Positions 39,909-49,605 are shown, counted from the stretch's first letter. The stretch: 64,000 nt of DNA from Desulfatiglandales bacterium (GCA_963666345.1 OY762721.1:3744001-3808000), one strand, 5' to 3'. Translations and numbers: made by a program. The notes: generated from the sequence alone by a model not told the origin.

Positions 39909-39987
39909 AGGCGACAAGCTCCAGGGGATCCAAAGGACCATACCATGATCAAGAAGAAGGCCGGTAAAAAACAGGCGCGCTCATCTA

Positions 39988-41208
39988 GTACCATGTAACA
40001 GTTAAGATTGCGTATTTATGTTTTTATGATATACTAGCGACAACCTTATAGAGGAGGTCGCTATGGCACCAAGATATCGAGTAACGCTGCGCAAACAAGA
40101 GCGCCAAGAGCTTGAAACGATGACGCGCAAGGGGAAAATCGAAGCGAGACGATTCAAAAATGCTCGTGCGTTGCTGCTCTGCGATGCTGGGCCGGAGGGC
40201 CCTGGCTGGAAAGTTGCTGATGTGGCGTCAGCCCTTGGGATGAGCAGACGATCGATCGAGAATCTAAAGAAACGGTTTGTGGAAAAGGGGCTGGAGGCCG
40301 CCCTTGCTCGTAAGAAGCGTGAAAGACCTCCCCGAGAGATCAAGTTCGATGGGGCGTTCGAAGCGAGATTAATCGCGTTGGCCTGTTCGAAAATCCCAGA
40401 TGGATACCGACGCTGGACGGTAAGGCTTTTGGCCGAAAAGGCGGTTGAGCTGAAGTTTGCAGAATCCGTATCGCATATGTCAATACAACGGGTGTTAAAA
40501 AAAACGAACTTCAGCCTCACCGAAGCAAATACTGGAAAATCCCACCGAAAGGCAGCGCCGCGTTCGTAGCGTGCATGGAGGATGTTCTTTGCCTCTATCA
40601 CCTGCCGTACGATCCGGACTACCCAGTGGTATGCATGGATGAGTCCTGCAAACAGATGGTGGGCCAAGTGCGTGAGCCGATTCCGTGTAAGCCGGGGCGC
40701 CCTTTGCGTATGGACGACGAGTATGTCAGAAAAGGTGTGGCGCAAATTTTTATGGAAGTAGAGCCTCTTGCAGGTAGAAGGCATGTGGCGATTGCCGAAC
40801 ATCGCAGGAGGAAGGATTGGGCTGTGCAGATCAAGGCAATGCTTGATGAACGATATCCCAATGCGATCAAGGTGCGTCTGGTTATGGACAATCTCAATAC
40901 CCACAATACCGCCTCACTGTACGAGATGTTTGAAGCCGATGAAGCTAGGCGTTTGGCGCAACGACTGGAGATCCATTATACGCCGAAACACGGCAGTTGG
41001 TTGAACATGGCCGAGATTGAACTCAGTGTTTTGAAAGGCCAATGTCTTAATGACCGGATCCCCGACATGGCGACCATGGAGCGCCAAGTGGTCGCATGGA
41101 AAAAATCCGAAACAACCACGCAAGGAAAATTTTTTGGCAATTTACAACTCCTGATGCGAGGATTAGACTGAAACAGCTCTATCCGCAATTATAAATGTTA
41201 CATAGTAC
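39988..41208 (+). mobile_element. IS630-family insertion sequence
   Basis: IRs GTACCATGTAACA / TGTTACATAGTAC; TA duplication at 39986-39987 and 41209-41210. Confidence 0.92.
40063..41194 (+). pseudogene. IS630 transposase: orfA/orfB with A-run frameshift site near 40497-40504 and an extra frameshift near 41100
   Basis: HTH orfA; VCMDE, VMDNLNTH, YTPKHGSWLNMAEIE; WQFTTPDARIRLKQLYP C-terminus is out of frame. Confidence 0.8.
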
Positions 41209-41580
41209 TAGTCGCGTTTCAGACTGCGGGTCGTCGTCGGATTTGCCAAGCCGCTACCCGGAGGTATTTGAATACGTTAAGGATCGCATTCGTGCCGCTC
41301 AGATCAGAGCTTCACTGTCGGTCAATCGGGAACTTATCTCCCTGTACTGGGACATCGGCAAGGCGATCGTCCGGCGACAGGAGATAGAGGGCTGGGGCCG
41401 ATCTGTCGTTGAACGGCTTTCCACAGATATTCAGAAGGAGTTTCCCGGCATTCGTGGGTTCTCGCCGCAAAATCTTTGGCACATGCGATCGCTGTTCCTC
41501 GCTTGGACAAGCGAAGCGGAAAATCTCCAACAAGCTGTTGGAGGAATGGATGGCGATAATTTCCCACAGGCTGTTGGATT

Positions 41581-41684
41581 GGGTCGGGCCGCGATGACAA
41601 TATGAAATAACAAAGAAAGAAGGCCGAAAGGGGTGCTTTTGGGATGATTATCATGTATAATCAGCAAGTTGACTTGGAGACCCC
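41581..41684 (+). mobile_element. REP/RAYT-like remnant B (104 bp, ends only)
   Basis: GGGTCGGGCC ... GGAGACCCC; shares ggtgcttttgggatgattatcatgtataa with remnant A. Confidence 0.55.
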
Positions 41685-41699
41685 AAGTGACAACTTTAT

Positions 41700-41760
41700 G
41701 GTTAACATTATGCTGCGATGGACGCACAAAGACCTCACGCGCCTGAGCAGCAGGTTATGC
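41700..41760 (+). other. attC site (degenerate)
   Basis: GGTTAAC ... TGCT/AGCA arms ... GTTATGC; the core complements GCATAA at the end of the following TA cassette. Confidence 0.55.
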
Positions 41761-41835
41761 CTTTTAAATAAGCACTTGATTGCACCAAAAATTGTATGTT
41801 ATTGTGTACAAAATTAAGACCAAAAGAGGTGCAAA

Positions 41836-42116
41836 ATGCAAAAGCTGAAAATTGATCAGGACATCAGGCCACTGTCAGAAGTGAGAAATGCCATGGCTTC
41901 CTACATCAAGCAGGTCATGATACTAAGCGTCCGGTAATAATTACGCAGTACGGTAAAGGCGTTGCTGTACTGTTGGGCGCAAATGAATTTGAAGCCATGC
42001 AGGAAAAAATAGAGCTTTTATCAGACGTCCAAACCTCTCTCAACCAACTGGCAAAAGGAGAAGGTATATCCCACCAAAAGGCCAAGGAAAGATTATTGAA
42101 GAGAGTTCCTGAATGA
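41836..42116 (+). pseudogene. Phd/YefM antitoxin, frameshifted near 41915
   Basis: MQKLKIDQDIRPLSEVR then stop at 41935; alternative frame continues HDTKRPVIITQYGKGVAVLL...; ATGA overlap with toxin. Confidence 0.85.
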
Positions 42117-42409
42117 AAATAGTATGGTCTCCCCATGCTGTTGAAAGGGCATCGGAAATAGTCGATTACATCGCTCAAGATAAACCTTTGGCAGCTGATA
42201 AATGGATTCATACGGTATTTTCAAAAGTTGACCGGCTTCGATCTAATCCGGAAATTGGGCGGATTGTCCCTGAAATCAATGAGCATCAATTCAGGGAGCT
42301 GATTTACGGAAATTATCGAATCATCTATCATATCGAAAAAAAACAAATATCCATACTAACTATCCGACACGGCAAACAGATATTGCCGATAGATGAAATC
42401 AAGGCATAA
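42113..42409 (+). CDS. RelE/ParE family toxin
   Basis: MKIVWSPHA, PEIGRIVPE, RELIYGNYRIIY, ILTIRHGKQ. Confidence 0.9.
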   Translation: MKIVWSPHAVERASEIVDYIAQDKPLAADKWIHTVFSKVDRLRSNPEIGRIVPEINEHQFRELIYGNYRIIYHIEKKQISILTIRHGKQILPIDEIKA

Positions 42410-42455
42410 AGATTCACTTACCGTACCGCTCGCCTGATGAATTCAGCCGTTATAT
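42404..42455 (+). other. attC site (degenerate)
   Basis: GCATAAA (GCATAAC expected), ATTCA/TGAAT arms, GTTATAT. Confidence 0.5.
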
Positions 42456-42629
42456 GGCACAACATAGATTGGATGAGGTGTGTTTGTATTTGACATCCCC
42501 TTTAATGGGCGTCAAGTGACATCGGTTAAGGCCGGCGTTGGCGTACCCATATAATGCCGTGAGGTTTTTTTAAAGGTTGCCTTGAAGTCTTGTTGGTGGT
42601 GCTTATAAAGGTACGCAAGGAGGTACTAT

Positions 42630-42911
42630 ATGGGAAAATTATCAAATATTATTCCGGTGAGCGATTTAAGGCAAAATGCTGCAAATTTATTGAAACAATT
42701 ACAGAACAGCAAAGAGCCTTTGATAATTACACAAAGAGGACGGGCAACAGCGGTAATAATCGGTGTTGATGCCTATGAGAAATCTGAGCGGGAGAAAGAG
42801 CAGTTGCGCCTTTTGGCTAAGGGAGACAGGGAAACCGAAACGGGTCAAGGGTATGATCTGGATACAATTTTTGGTGAAGCCGACGCCCTTTTGGCTAAGG
42901 AGCCTTTGTGA
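42630..42911 (+). CDS. Phd/YefM antitoxin
   Basis: IIPVSDLRQNA, EPLIITQRGRATAVII. Confidence 0.88.
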   Translation: MGKLSNIIPVSDLRQNAANLLKQLQNSKEPLIITQRGRATAVIIGVDAYEKSEREKEQLRLLAKGDRETETGQGYDLDTIFGEADALLAKEPL

Positions 42912-43160
42912 AGGTCAAATTTGCACCCTCTGCAAGGACTCAATTTCTTTCCGCGCTATCTATTCGAAAGGATAAGTCTTCGGCGGCCCTTGACTTTCGT
43001 AATAAAGCTGAAAAAATTCTGCGAGGACTTGAGGATTTTCCTGAATCCGGAAAAATCATACCAGAGTTTCCGGAACTCCCCTATCGAGAAATGATCATAT
43101 CGCCGTATCGATTTTTCTATAAAATCAAAGACGATACCGCCTGGATTGTTGCTGTGTGGC
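42908..43160 (+). pseudogene. RelE/ParE toxin, C-terminus lost at a deletion junction
   Basis: FPESGKIIPEFPELPYRE..PYRFFY..WIVAVW, then runs into unrelated REP/intron sequence. Confidence 0.75.
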
Positions 43161-43565
43161 GTGACCCGACCCCAAATGAACAAATGAAACAATTAAACGT
43201 TATTGGTCAGCTACCGGACGTAAACGTCGGTTCGCCGTTTGTGCCAAAATGGCCTCAGTCAAAATCACCATTTATGAGGTCCTAAGGTGGCATGCCATTG
43301 GTATCAAAAGATACATCAAGATAAAGGCCGATTCAAACCCTTACTTGCCGGAGTATGCAGGATATTTCTGGTACAGACGGAATAAGAAGGGCAGCAAACT
43401 GTTAGCGGCACTGTCTGCTCGTGAGTCTCGGGCCATGCAGGCCGTTTAGGAGGTTAACAGCCGGGCAACTCCCTAAGGGCTGCCTTTTGAGAGGCTTGAG
43501 CCGTATGATGGGAAACTATCACGTACGGTTCTTAGGCTTACTATTACCCATAAGTCTAGACGATT

Positions 43566-43877
43566 TTATCGCCGAGTTTCTTCCTTAAAAGCCTCAATAT
43601 TTGCCTCAACAAGTTGCTCGATCAGTTTCCTTAGTCGGGCATAATTGGCGATCATCTTTCGCATTCTGGTTAACTGGTCTCTTTTAACATAAACGCTACG
43701 TGTTTTTTGTTGGCTATCCTTATAGGTCAGCCGATATGCCATCCGGGATGACTTTTTTGAGCATATGCATCTCGCTCTGTTGCATGTGGAACAAACGCTT
43801 GTAATCGACCCGCGAACAAATTCAGGGAATTGGGCTAATTTTTTTAAAAGATCATTTCGTTTTTTGACAGGATTCAT
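43566..43877 (-). CDS. Small basic Cys-rich IS-associated protein (DUF6788-like)
   Basis: RGSITSVCSTCNRARCIC...KTRSVYV; GGAGG RBS; inside the IS, divergent from the transposase. Confidence 0.65.
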   Translation of the reverse strand: MNPVKKRNDLLKKLAQFPEFVRGSITSVCSTCNRARCICSKKSSRMAYRLTYKDSQQKTRSVYVKRDQLTRMRKMIANYARLRKLIEQLVEANIEAFKEETRR

Positions 43878-43958
43878 CCTTGACACCTCCCTATCGTAAT
43901 AGTAGACGTATATAATACGTCTACTATACAAATGTCAACTTTTAATGGGAGGCGTTCA

Positions 43959-45404
43959 ATGAACCCAAAAAATAGATCAAGTTGGGCGGCGGAAGAGTTT
44001 GCAGAGGTCAAGCTCGGAGATAAAAGACTCGATGCAAGGCTGATTAAGCTGTGTGATAGATTTTCGGATGCTCCAGAGAGCCCCATCAACCAAGCATGCG
44101 TGGATTGGGCAGAGACCAAAGCTGCTTATCGTTTTTTTCAAAACAACAAAGTTGAGGTTGGTAAGATGTTGGCGGCCCACCGATGTAAAACAGCTCAGCG
44201 TACTAAGGAACACAAAACGGTTCTTGCACTCCAAGATACCAGTTATTTTGTCTATACTGACCATCCGAAGACCGAAGGACTCGGGAAGATGTCTTTAAAG
44301 AAGGGTAAAAACGTGAAAAATATCTATTCCAACGGCCTGATAATGCATACATGTCTGGCTGTAACAACTAAAGGCCTCCCACTCGGACTGTTGGATCAAA
44401 AAATATTTTCACGGAAACTCCGGAAAAAGGATAACAAAAAAGCAAAACCTCACGCCAATCTCCCGATAGAGGAAAAGGAAAGCTATAGATGGCTTGAGGC
44501 ATTAGAAAACACTAAGGAATTAACAGGTTGTACCCGAATCGTCACAGTCTGCGATCGAGAAGCCGATCTATACGATTTCTTTATGCGTAGCCATCAAATC
44601 AATGCCCCTGTCCTCGTTCGAGCAAACGTAGATAGGATTATAAATCGTAAATCCCGTTATGCAGAAAAGAATGTCGAAAAACTTTGGGAGAATATGCGAA
44701 AACAGCCTGATTCAGGTTCTTACGTGGTAGAAATCGCGAAAAGGTCTAAGTCGAAGCATGCCAAAGAAAGGGAAGCACGCACCGCGATGGTCTCTGTACG
44801 TTTCGGCTCTTTTACCCTCAATCCTCCCCGCAATAGTATCAGGCACAGCACTGAGAAACTTCCAGACATTGAGATGCACGCAGTCTATGTTATAGAAACA
44901 AATCCGCCTGATAGCGAGGAAGCTATCGAGTGGATGCTCCTGACCAATCTTCCAGTCATGTCGTATGAAGATGCTTATGAAAAAGTTTTGTGGTACTGCT
45001 TACGCTGGCGAATTGAAATGTACTTCAAGGTCTTAAAGTCCGGTTTTAGGGTCGAATCATGTCGGCTAGGGCATGCCGATCGGCTGGCAAAATACCTCAC
45101 AGTTATGAGCATTGTAGCTTGGAGGATCTTCATGATTACCTTGATCGCTCGTACCGATCCGACAACACCCTGCTCAACTTTCCTTACCGATCAGGAGTGG
45201 AAAGCCCTTTTCCTGCATGCAAATATAAACAAACCTATACCGAAAAAGCCACCAACCATTGGTATTGTAGTCATCTGGATTGCAAAACTAGGAGGTCACC
45301 TAGCCCGAAAAAACGATGGGCCTCCTGGTACTATCACATTATGGAGAGGATGGAAGCGTCTTGCAGATCTGAGTGAAGGCTTGAAACTGGCGGATCAGCT
45401 ATGA
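43959..45404 (+). CDS. IS4-family DDE transposase
   Basis: LGDKRLDARL, KAAYRFF, LQDTS, EKESYRW, VCDREAD, WMLLTN, YCLRWRIEMYFKVLKSG, LGGHL, PPG. Confidence 0.94.
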   Translation: MNPKNRSSWAAEEFAEVKLGDKRLDARLIKLCDRFSDAPESPINQACVDWAETKAAYRFFQNNKVEVGKMLAAHRCKTAQRTKEHKTVLALQDTSYFVYTDHPKTEGLGKMSLKKGKNVKNIYSNGLIMHTCLAVTTKGLPLGLLDQKIFSRKLRKKDNKKAKPHANLPIEEKESYRWLEALENTKELTGCTRIVTVCDREADLYDFFMRSHQINAPVLVRANVDRIINRKSRYAEKNVEKLWENMRKQPDSGSYVVEIAKRSKSKHAKEREARTAMVSVRFGSFTLNPPRNSIRHSTEKLPDIEMHAVYVIETNPPDSEEAIEWMLLTNLPVMSYEDAYEKVLWYCLRWRIEMYFKVLKSGFRVESCRLGHADRLAKYLTVMSIVAWRIFMITLIARTDPTTPCSTFLTDQEWKALFLHANINKPIPKKPPTIGIVVIWIAKLGGHLARKNDGPPGTITLWRGWKRLADLSEGLKLADQL

Positions 45405-45470
45405 TACTTATGGGTAATAGTAAGGTTCTTAGGGGGGGAGACACCCCTGACCTACCCGGTATGACTACAT

Positions 45471-46367
45471 TTGAGGAGCGTCTTTGATTTACCGAAAGGA
45501 TTGATCATGATGAATATCGCACAACAATTCATGGAAAGCGAAAATACTTTACAAAGAGTTCTTGTAATATTGTTCCTGGCACTTGGATCTCATGGCTTCG
45601 TCTTGATGGTCAAAGCACTATGGAAGCATCTAAAGGGAATCGCCTCTTCCAAGCCTCAATCGAAGTTCAAATCTATTGCAAGCCTGACACAGAGCTTTCT
45701 TATTTTTATACTTTATTTCGGAGCGTTCGGGCTTATTCTTCGCGAGCTGGGTGTCTCTTTAACCGCTTATTTAGCTAGCGCTTCTGTCCTCGGCTTGGCA
45801 ATCGGTTTTGGTTCCCAAGGACTGGTTCAAGACGTTGTAACGGGTTTGACATTGGTTCTGTCAGATTTGATTAAAATTGGGAATATGGTGGAAATCGGGG
45901 GCCAGACAGGAATAATTCGTTCCATTGGAATGCGTTTCATTGTTATCGAGAACGCCCTTGGCGCAGAGGTGTTTATTCCGAATCGAAGCATAATGAATGT
46001 AATTAGTTATTCTTGTGGCTACGTGAGATGTATTGTTGATGTGACACTATCAAATGAGCCTGGATCGAGAGATAAGATAAAGGGATTCATCGAAGAAACC
46101 ACCAACTCTTTTATAAAACAATTCCCGGGCATCCTCATAAAACCAGTCAGTATTGAAGGTGTTATTAAAACTGCTCCTGGAAAAGAAATTTTCCGTATCA
46201 AGTTCAGGATTTGGCCGGGGCGAGGTACCCCTATCGAAACCTCGTTCAGACAGGAATTGATTCAAAGATTAAAAATAGTTGATTCTTCTTATTCCGACTG
46301 GATGGTATCAGTAAATTACGAAGTAGAGAAAGCGCCTTCAAATAATAGCCTGTCATGCGGTAGTTAA
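45471..46367 (+). CDS. MscS-family mechanosensitive channel-like protein (cassette)
   Basis: GLAIGFGSQGLVQDVVTG, GNMVEIGGQTG, FIPN; start may be ATG 45507. Confidence 0.85.
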   Translation: MRSVFDLPKGLIMMNIAQQFMESENTLQRVLVILFLALGSHGFVLMVKALWKHLKGIASSKPQSKFKSIASLTQSFLIFILYFGAFGLILRELGVSLTAYLASASVLGLAIGFGSQGLVQDVVTGLTLVLSDLIKIGNMVEIGGQTGIIRSIGMRFIVIENALGAEVFIPNRSIMNVISYSCGYVRCIVDVTLSNEPGSRDKIKGFIEETTNSFIKQFPGILIKPVSIEGVIKTAPGKEIFRIKFRIWPGRGTPIETSFRQELIQRLKIVDSSYSDWMVSVNYEVEKAPSNNSLSCGS

Positions 46368-46422
46368 CAATCACTTCACCCGACGCCATAAAGCCTGGCG
46401 CTGGTGAGCTCAAACATTGACT
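46362..46422 (+). other. attC site (core mutated to ATTGACT)
   Basis: AGTTAAC overlapping the mscS stop; stem TCACC..CGCCA / TGGCG..GGTGA. Confidence 0.7.
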
Positions 46423-46449
46423 GGTTAAAATTAAAAGGATGAAAGTACT

Positions 46450-48324
46450 ATGGAAACTAATTTAAAAGTGCTTTTTGTTGATGCCGGAACATCGTTTTAT
46501 CGAATCAATCGTTATAAAGTGGGCAATTTTTTCGGACCAGTTGATTTAGGGCTGTATTTATCTGGCAAACACAACAGCTTAAATATCGGGACAGGACTTT
46601 TGGCAGGTTCCATTTTTCCAGGATCAAACCGATTAATCTTCTCCGGCTTTTCTCCCTGCTGGGGCGGATTTTTTATATCCTCGATGGGTGGTGCAGGTTT
46701 GGTTTTTGATAACCTGGGTATTAATATGCTTTCCATTGTGGGTAAGGCTGCCCCTCTCTCTGTTTTATACCTCAACCGAAAACATGGTGAAGAGATTCAA
46801 ATCGAAGTTCGTCCGATAGAAATCCAAAAAGTATGGAATGAAGGGCGAAGAGGGGTATATTCTTTGATGAATCATACTTTTAACCTGTTTGGAGATAGCT
46901 ATAGTAACGATCCCAGGATACTGGCAACAGGTCCGGCATCTCAGGCTACCGATTTCGGGGCAATATGTTCTGTTCCAATTAACAAGGGGGAATTAACCTT
47001 TGTCGATACATGGGCAGGCAGAGGTGGGTTTGGGACTAAACTTTTCAGAGACCATGGTATCGCAGCAATAATTTACGGCGGAACATTTATTGATGAAGAT
47101 TTTCGCGACCGCAAAGTCGCCGACCAATGGTTTATTGATAAATATCAGATGAAAATGTCGGCAAAAGACATGGAGGCTACTGCCAAATATCGTTTCGATC
47201 CCAAGTTTGAAACCGGAGGAACCTTTGGGGCAAATTATGCAAGTTTAGGCGGCAGCATGTTCTCTTTCAATTATAAAAGCGTTTATATGGACGAAAGTGA
47301 GCGATTGGCAATCCATGATAAATTTATCATGAATCACTATCTCAAACAATTTAACGAAGAAACAATTAAACCGAAAAAACAAAAAAATTGCGGCGAACCA
47401 TGTGTTGCGGTCTGCAAAAAAATGCACGGTGAGTTCAAAAAGGATTATGAACCCTATCAGGCAATGGGACCACTAGCAGGAATTTTTGATCAACGTGCCG
47501 CCGAAAAACTAAATCATCATGCTGACATGTATGGTTTTGATGCCATCTCTGCCGGAGGTGTACTTTCCTGGCTCATGGAGTGCTTGTCTGAAAGAAATAT
47601 AACACCCCTGGAATTAGGCATAAAAAATATCCCGGTATTTTCAATTAAAAATTTCGATGAAGTTTCTACTTCAATGTATAACTCAGATATTGGTGTTGCG
47701 CTCCTGGATTCGATTATCGAAAAGCGGGGCATTCTCGATCTTAGCGAAGGAGCACGCAAATTTGCCCGGCGCTTATCGAGACAAAAAGGAAAGAAAATTC
47801 TGGATTCTTTTGTTTATGCTGCCTATGGCCGCAAAGGATGGATGGTGCCGAATCAGTATTGGACGCCGGGGGTGCTTTCTCCTTTGGCTATTATGGGGAA
47901 ATACTACATGTATTATGGACAGGATTTCATTCCTCCCAGGGAATTGGGTAATAGAGGTGCAGCAAGGCTAAGAGGAGAATTAATAATGGATAATCTCGGA
48001 ATATGCCGCTTCCACCGAAACTGGGCAGAAGAAATCATGCCCGAAATAATTGATTCGCTGTATGGGTTAAAACAGCAATTTATAGAAAATAATCATATCA
48101 CAGCCAGCCGGATAAACAGCCGTAACTCATCCGTGTTTTGGGAACCTGACAGAAATATCGATATTGTTTATGCCTTTTTAAAAAGAAAACACATTCTGGA
48201 AAATAACAATGATACTGAACTTATTAAATGGATGAATTATTTTAAAAAAAACAAACATGAAGCTGCCCTGAGTTTCTGGTATGAAATGCACAAAGGGATT
48301 CAGGAATCTCTTAGAGAGTTTTAA
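46450..48324 (+). CDS. Aldehyde:ferredoxin oxidoreductase superfamily protein (GAPOR-like)
   Basis: SSMGG, AGRGGFG, GGTFG, NCGEPCVAVCKK, DYEPY, GFDAISAG, DNLGICRFHR. Confidence 0.8.
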   Translation: METNLKVLFVDAGTSFYRINRYKVGNFFGPVDLGLYLSGKHNSLNIGTGLLAGSIFPGSNRLIFSGFSPCWGGFFISSMGGAGLVFDNLGINMLSIVGKAAPLSVLYLNRKHGEEIQIEVRPIEIQKVWNEGRRGVYSLMNHTFNLFGDSYSNDPRILATGPASQATDFGAICSVPINKGELTFVDTWAGRGGFGTKLFRDHGIAAIIYGGTFIDEDFRDRKVADQWFIDKYQMKMSAKDMEATAKYRFDPKFETGGTFGANYASLGGSMFSFNYKSVYMDESERLAIHDKFIMNHYLKQFNEETIKPKKQKNCGEPCVAVCKKMHGEFKKDYEPYQAMGPLAGIFDQRAAEKLNHHADMYGFDAISAGGVLSWLMECLSERNITPLELGIKNIPVFSIKNFDEVSTSMYNSDIGVALLDSIIEKRGILDLSEGARKFARRLSRQKGKKILDSFVYAAYGRKGWMVPNQYWTPGVLSPLAIMGKYYMYYGQDFIPPRELGNRGAARLRGELIMDNLGICRFHRNWAEEIMPEIIDSLYGLKQQFIENNHITASRINSRNSSVFWEPDRNIDIVYAFLKRKHILENNNDTELIKWMNYFKKNKHEAALSFWYEMHKGIQESLREF

Positions 48325-48348
48325 TGAACAGAATGTACGAAATATTAG

Positions 48349-48414
48349 AACCACCTAATCGTTCCACCTGGCATTTTTCCGCTTCACTCCAAAATGCAGG
48401 TGAACTCAAATGTT
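48349..48414 (+). other. attC site with an IS1182 end inserted at GTT
   Basis: Stem TTC(C)ACCTG(G)CATTTT / AAAATGCAGGTGAA with extrahelical bases; GTT 48412-48414; inverse core degenerate. Confidence 0.7.
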
Positions 48415-48553
48415 GAGGCTGTCGAAAAAGTATTTTTGTATATTTTTATGCCAAAACAATCCTATAAACGCTAAATTATGATAATTAAAATATTTTTATA
48501 AATTTAATGTTATATAATTTTATTATGCAATACATTGCATTGAAAATTAATAT
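48415..48553 (+). mobile_element. IS1182 left-end remnant
   Basis: GAGGCTGTCGAAAAAGTA and the following ~130 AT-rich bp align by eye with 31789-31930. Confidence 0.8.
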
Positions 48554-48594
48554 CTTATGCTGGATGGGTGGCCCCAAAATGACAAATTTACAAA

Positions 48595-48644
48595 CCGGAT
48601 GGTGTGGGAGGAGGGGAGGTCGTGAGACCCATTCCTATCCCGAT
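48595..48644 (+). mobile_element. Group II (class C-like) intron 3' end remnant
   Basis: CCGGATGGTGTGGGAGG...GTCGTGAGAC...CCTATCCCGAT followed by TCGGCT. Confidence 0.75.
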
Positions 48645-48667
48645 TCGGCTAAAAGAGGAATTAGATA

Positions 48668-49597
48668 GTGAGCGTCGATACAACAATATTTCGGAAAGAT
48701 AGGGGACTGCTAAGCAAGTCAGGTACAATACATTTTGTGGGGCTGGTCGCCTGCCTGGTATTTTTAATTTCAGCCTTTGGATATTCACCGGCAGAAGCGG
48801 AATGGCCCCACATTGCCTTTTCAAAAGATGGTACACTAATCTCATATGAGATCTTCGGCGTAGGAGAACCGACTCTGGTATTTGTACATGGGTGGAGTTG
48901 CGATGCTCGCTACTGGCGCGCCCAGGTGCCAGTATTTTCTAAAAAACATCGTGTTGTCGTTATTGATCTTGCAGGCCACGGCCATTCAGGGATGTCCCGC
49001 GCAAAATATACCATGGGCTCCTTCGGAGAGGATGTTCGGGCAGCAACAGAATCAACGGGCAGTCATAGCGTTATTCTAATAGGTCATTCAATGGGCGGCT
49101 CAGTGATTGCCGAAGCGGCCCGCATAATGCCTGATCGTGTCATCGGATTAATCGGTATAGATACCCTTGAAAACATAGAGTATCCGATGACTCGCGAAGA
49201 ACTCAAAAAGATGATCGCTCCCCTGAAGGAAAATTTTCGAGATGGAAGCAGGCAGTTTGTGAGCGAGATGATAGGACCTAAGACCGATCCGCAGCTCCGC
49301 GAATGGATACTTTCAGATATGTCAGCTGCGCCGCCCAGCGTTGCCATTAGCGCTATGAATGAAATGATGACTCAATACATCACCGGTGAAGCGGCAAAGG
49401 TATTTAAACAAATCCGAATTCCAGTTATAACCGTAAATGGAGGCCTTTGGCCCATCAACTATGAAGCAAACCGTCGGCATATGTTTTCTTTCAATGCTAT
49501 TGTTCTTGAGGAAGCGGATCATTTCTTGATGATGGATCGTGCCATTGATTTCAACAAAGCATTGGAAAAAGCAATCCTTATGCTAACAGGAAAATGA
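48668..49597 (+). CDS. Alpha/beta hydrolase (RsbQ-like), probably exported (cassette)
   Basis: FVHGW, DLAGHG, GHSMG nucleophile elbow, HFLM; N-terminal hydrophobic segment. Confidence 0.88.
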   Translation: MSVDTTIFRKDRGLLSKSGTIHFVGLVACLVFLISAFGYSPAEAEWPHIAFSKDGTLISYEIFGVGEPTLVFVHGWSCDARYWRAQVPVFSKKHRVVVIDLAGHGHSGMSRAKYTMGSFGEDVRAATESTGSHSVILIGHSMGGSVIAEAARIMPDRVIGLIGIDTLENIEYPMTREELKKMIAPLKENFRDGSRQFVSEMIGPKTDPQLREWILSDMSAAPPSVAISAMNEMMTQYITGEAAKVFKQIRIPVITVNGGLWPINYEANRRHMFSFNAIVLEEADHFLMMDRAIDFNKALEKAILMLTGK

Positions 49598-49605
49598 TTG
49601 AAGAA

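Larger units (their letters stand above)
39945..41580 (+). pseudogene. YhcG/DUF1016 (PD-(D/E)xK nuclease family) gene, split by IS630 and 3'-truncated
   Basis: Removing IS630 restores MIKKKAGKKQARSSSRVSD...VNRELISLYWDIG...GWGRSVVERLS...GFSPQNLWHMR. Confidence 0.85.
43537..45424 (+). mobile_element. IS4-family (Tn5/IS50-like) element, apparently intact
   Basis: Perfect 19-bp IRs CTTACTATTACCCATAAGT; 9-bp target duplication GTTCTTAGG (43528-43536, 45425-45433). Confidence 0.93.
43185..45460 (+). mobile_element. 3' remnant of a group II intron (IEP C-terminus, domain V, domain VI) interrupted by IS4
   Basis: IKRYIKIKADSNPYLPEY peptide; DV GAGCCGTATGATGGGAAACTATCACGTACGGTTC from 43498; DVI ...CCTACCCGGT at 45451-45460. 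Confidence 0.85.

Noticed and set aside
42449..42543. Tiny non-coding cassette between GTTATAT and GTTGGCG
   Set aside because: No inverse core or full hairpin; more likely a deletion remnant than a functional ncRNA cassette.
31975..43285. Array frameshifts as systematic sequencing error
   Set aside because: Core genes on both flanks show no frameshifts, so decay is more likely, though single sites still need read checks.
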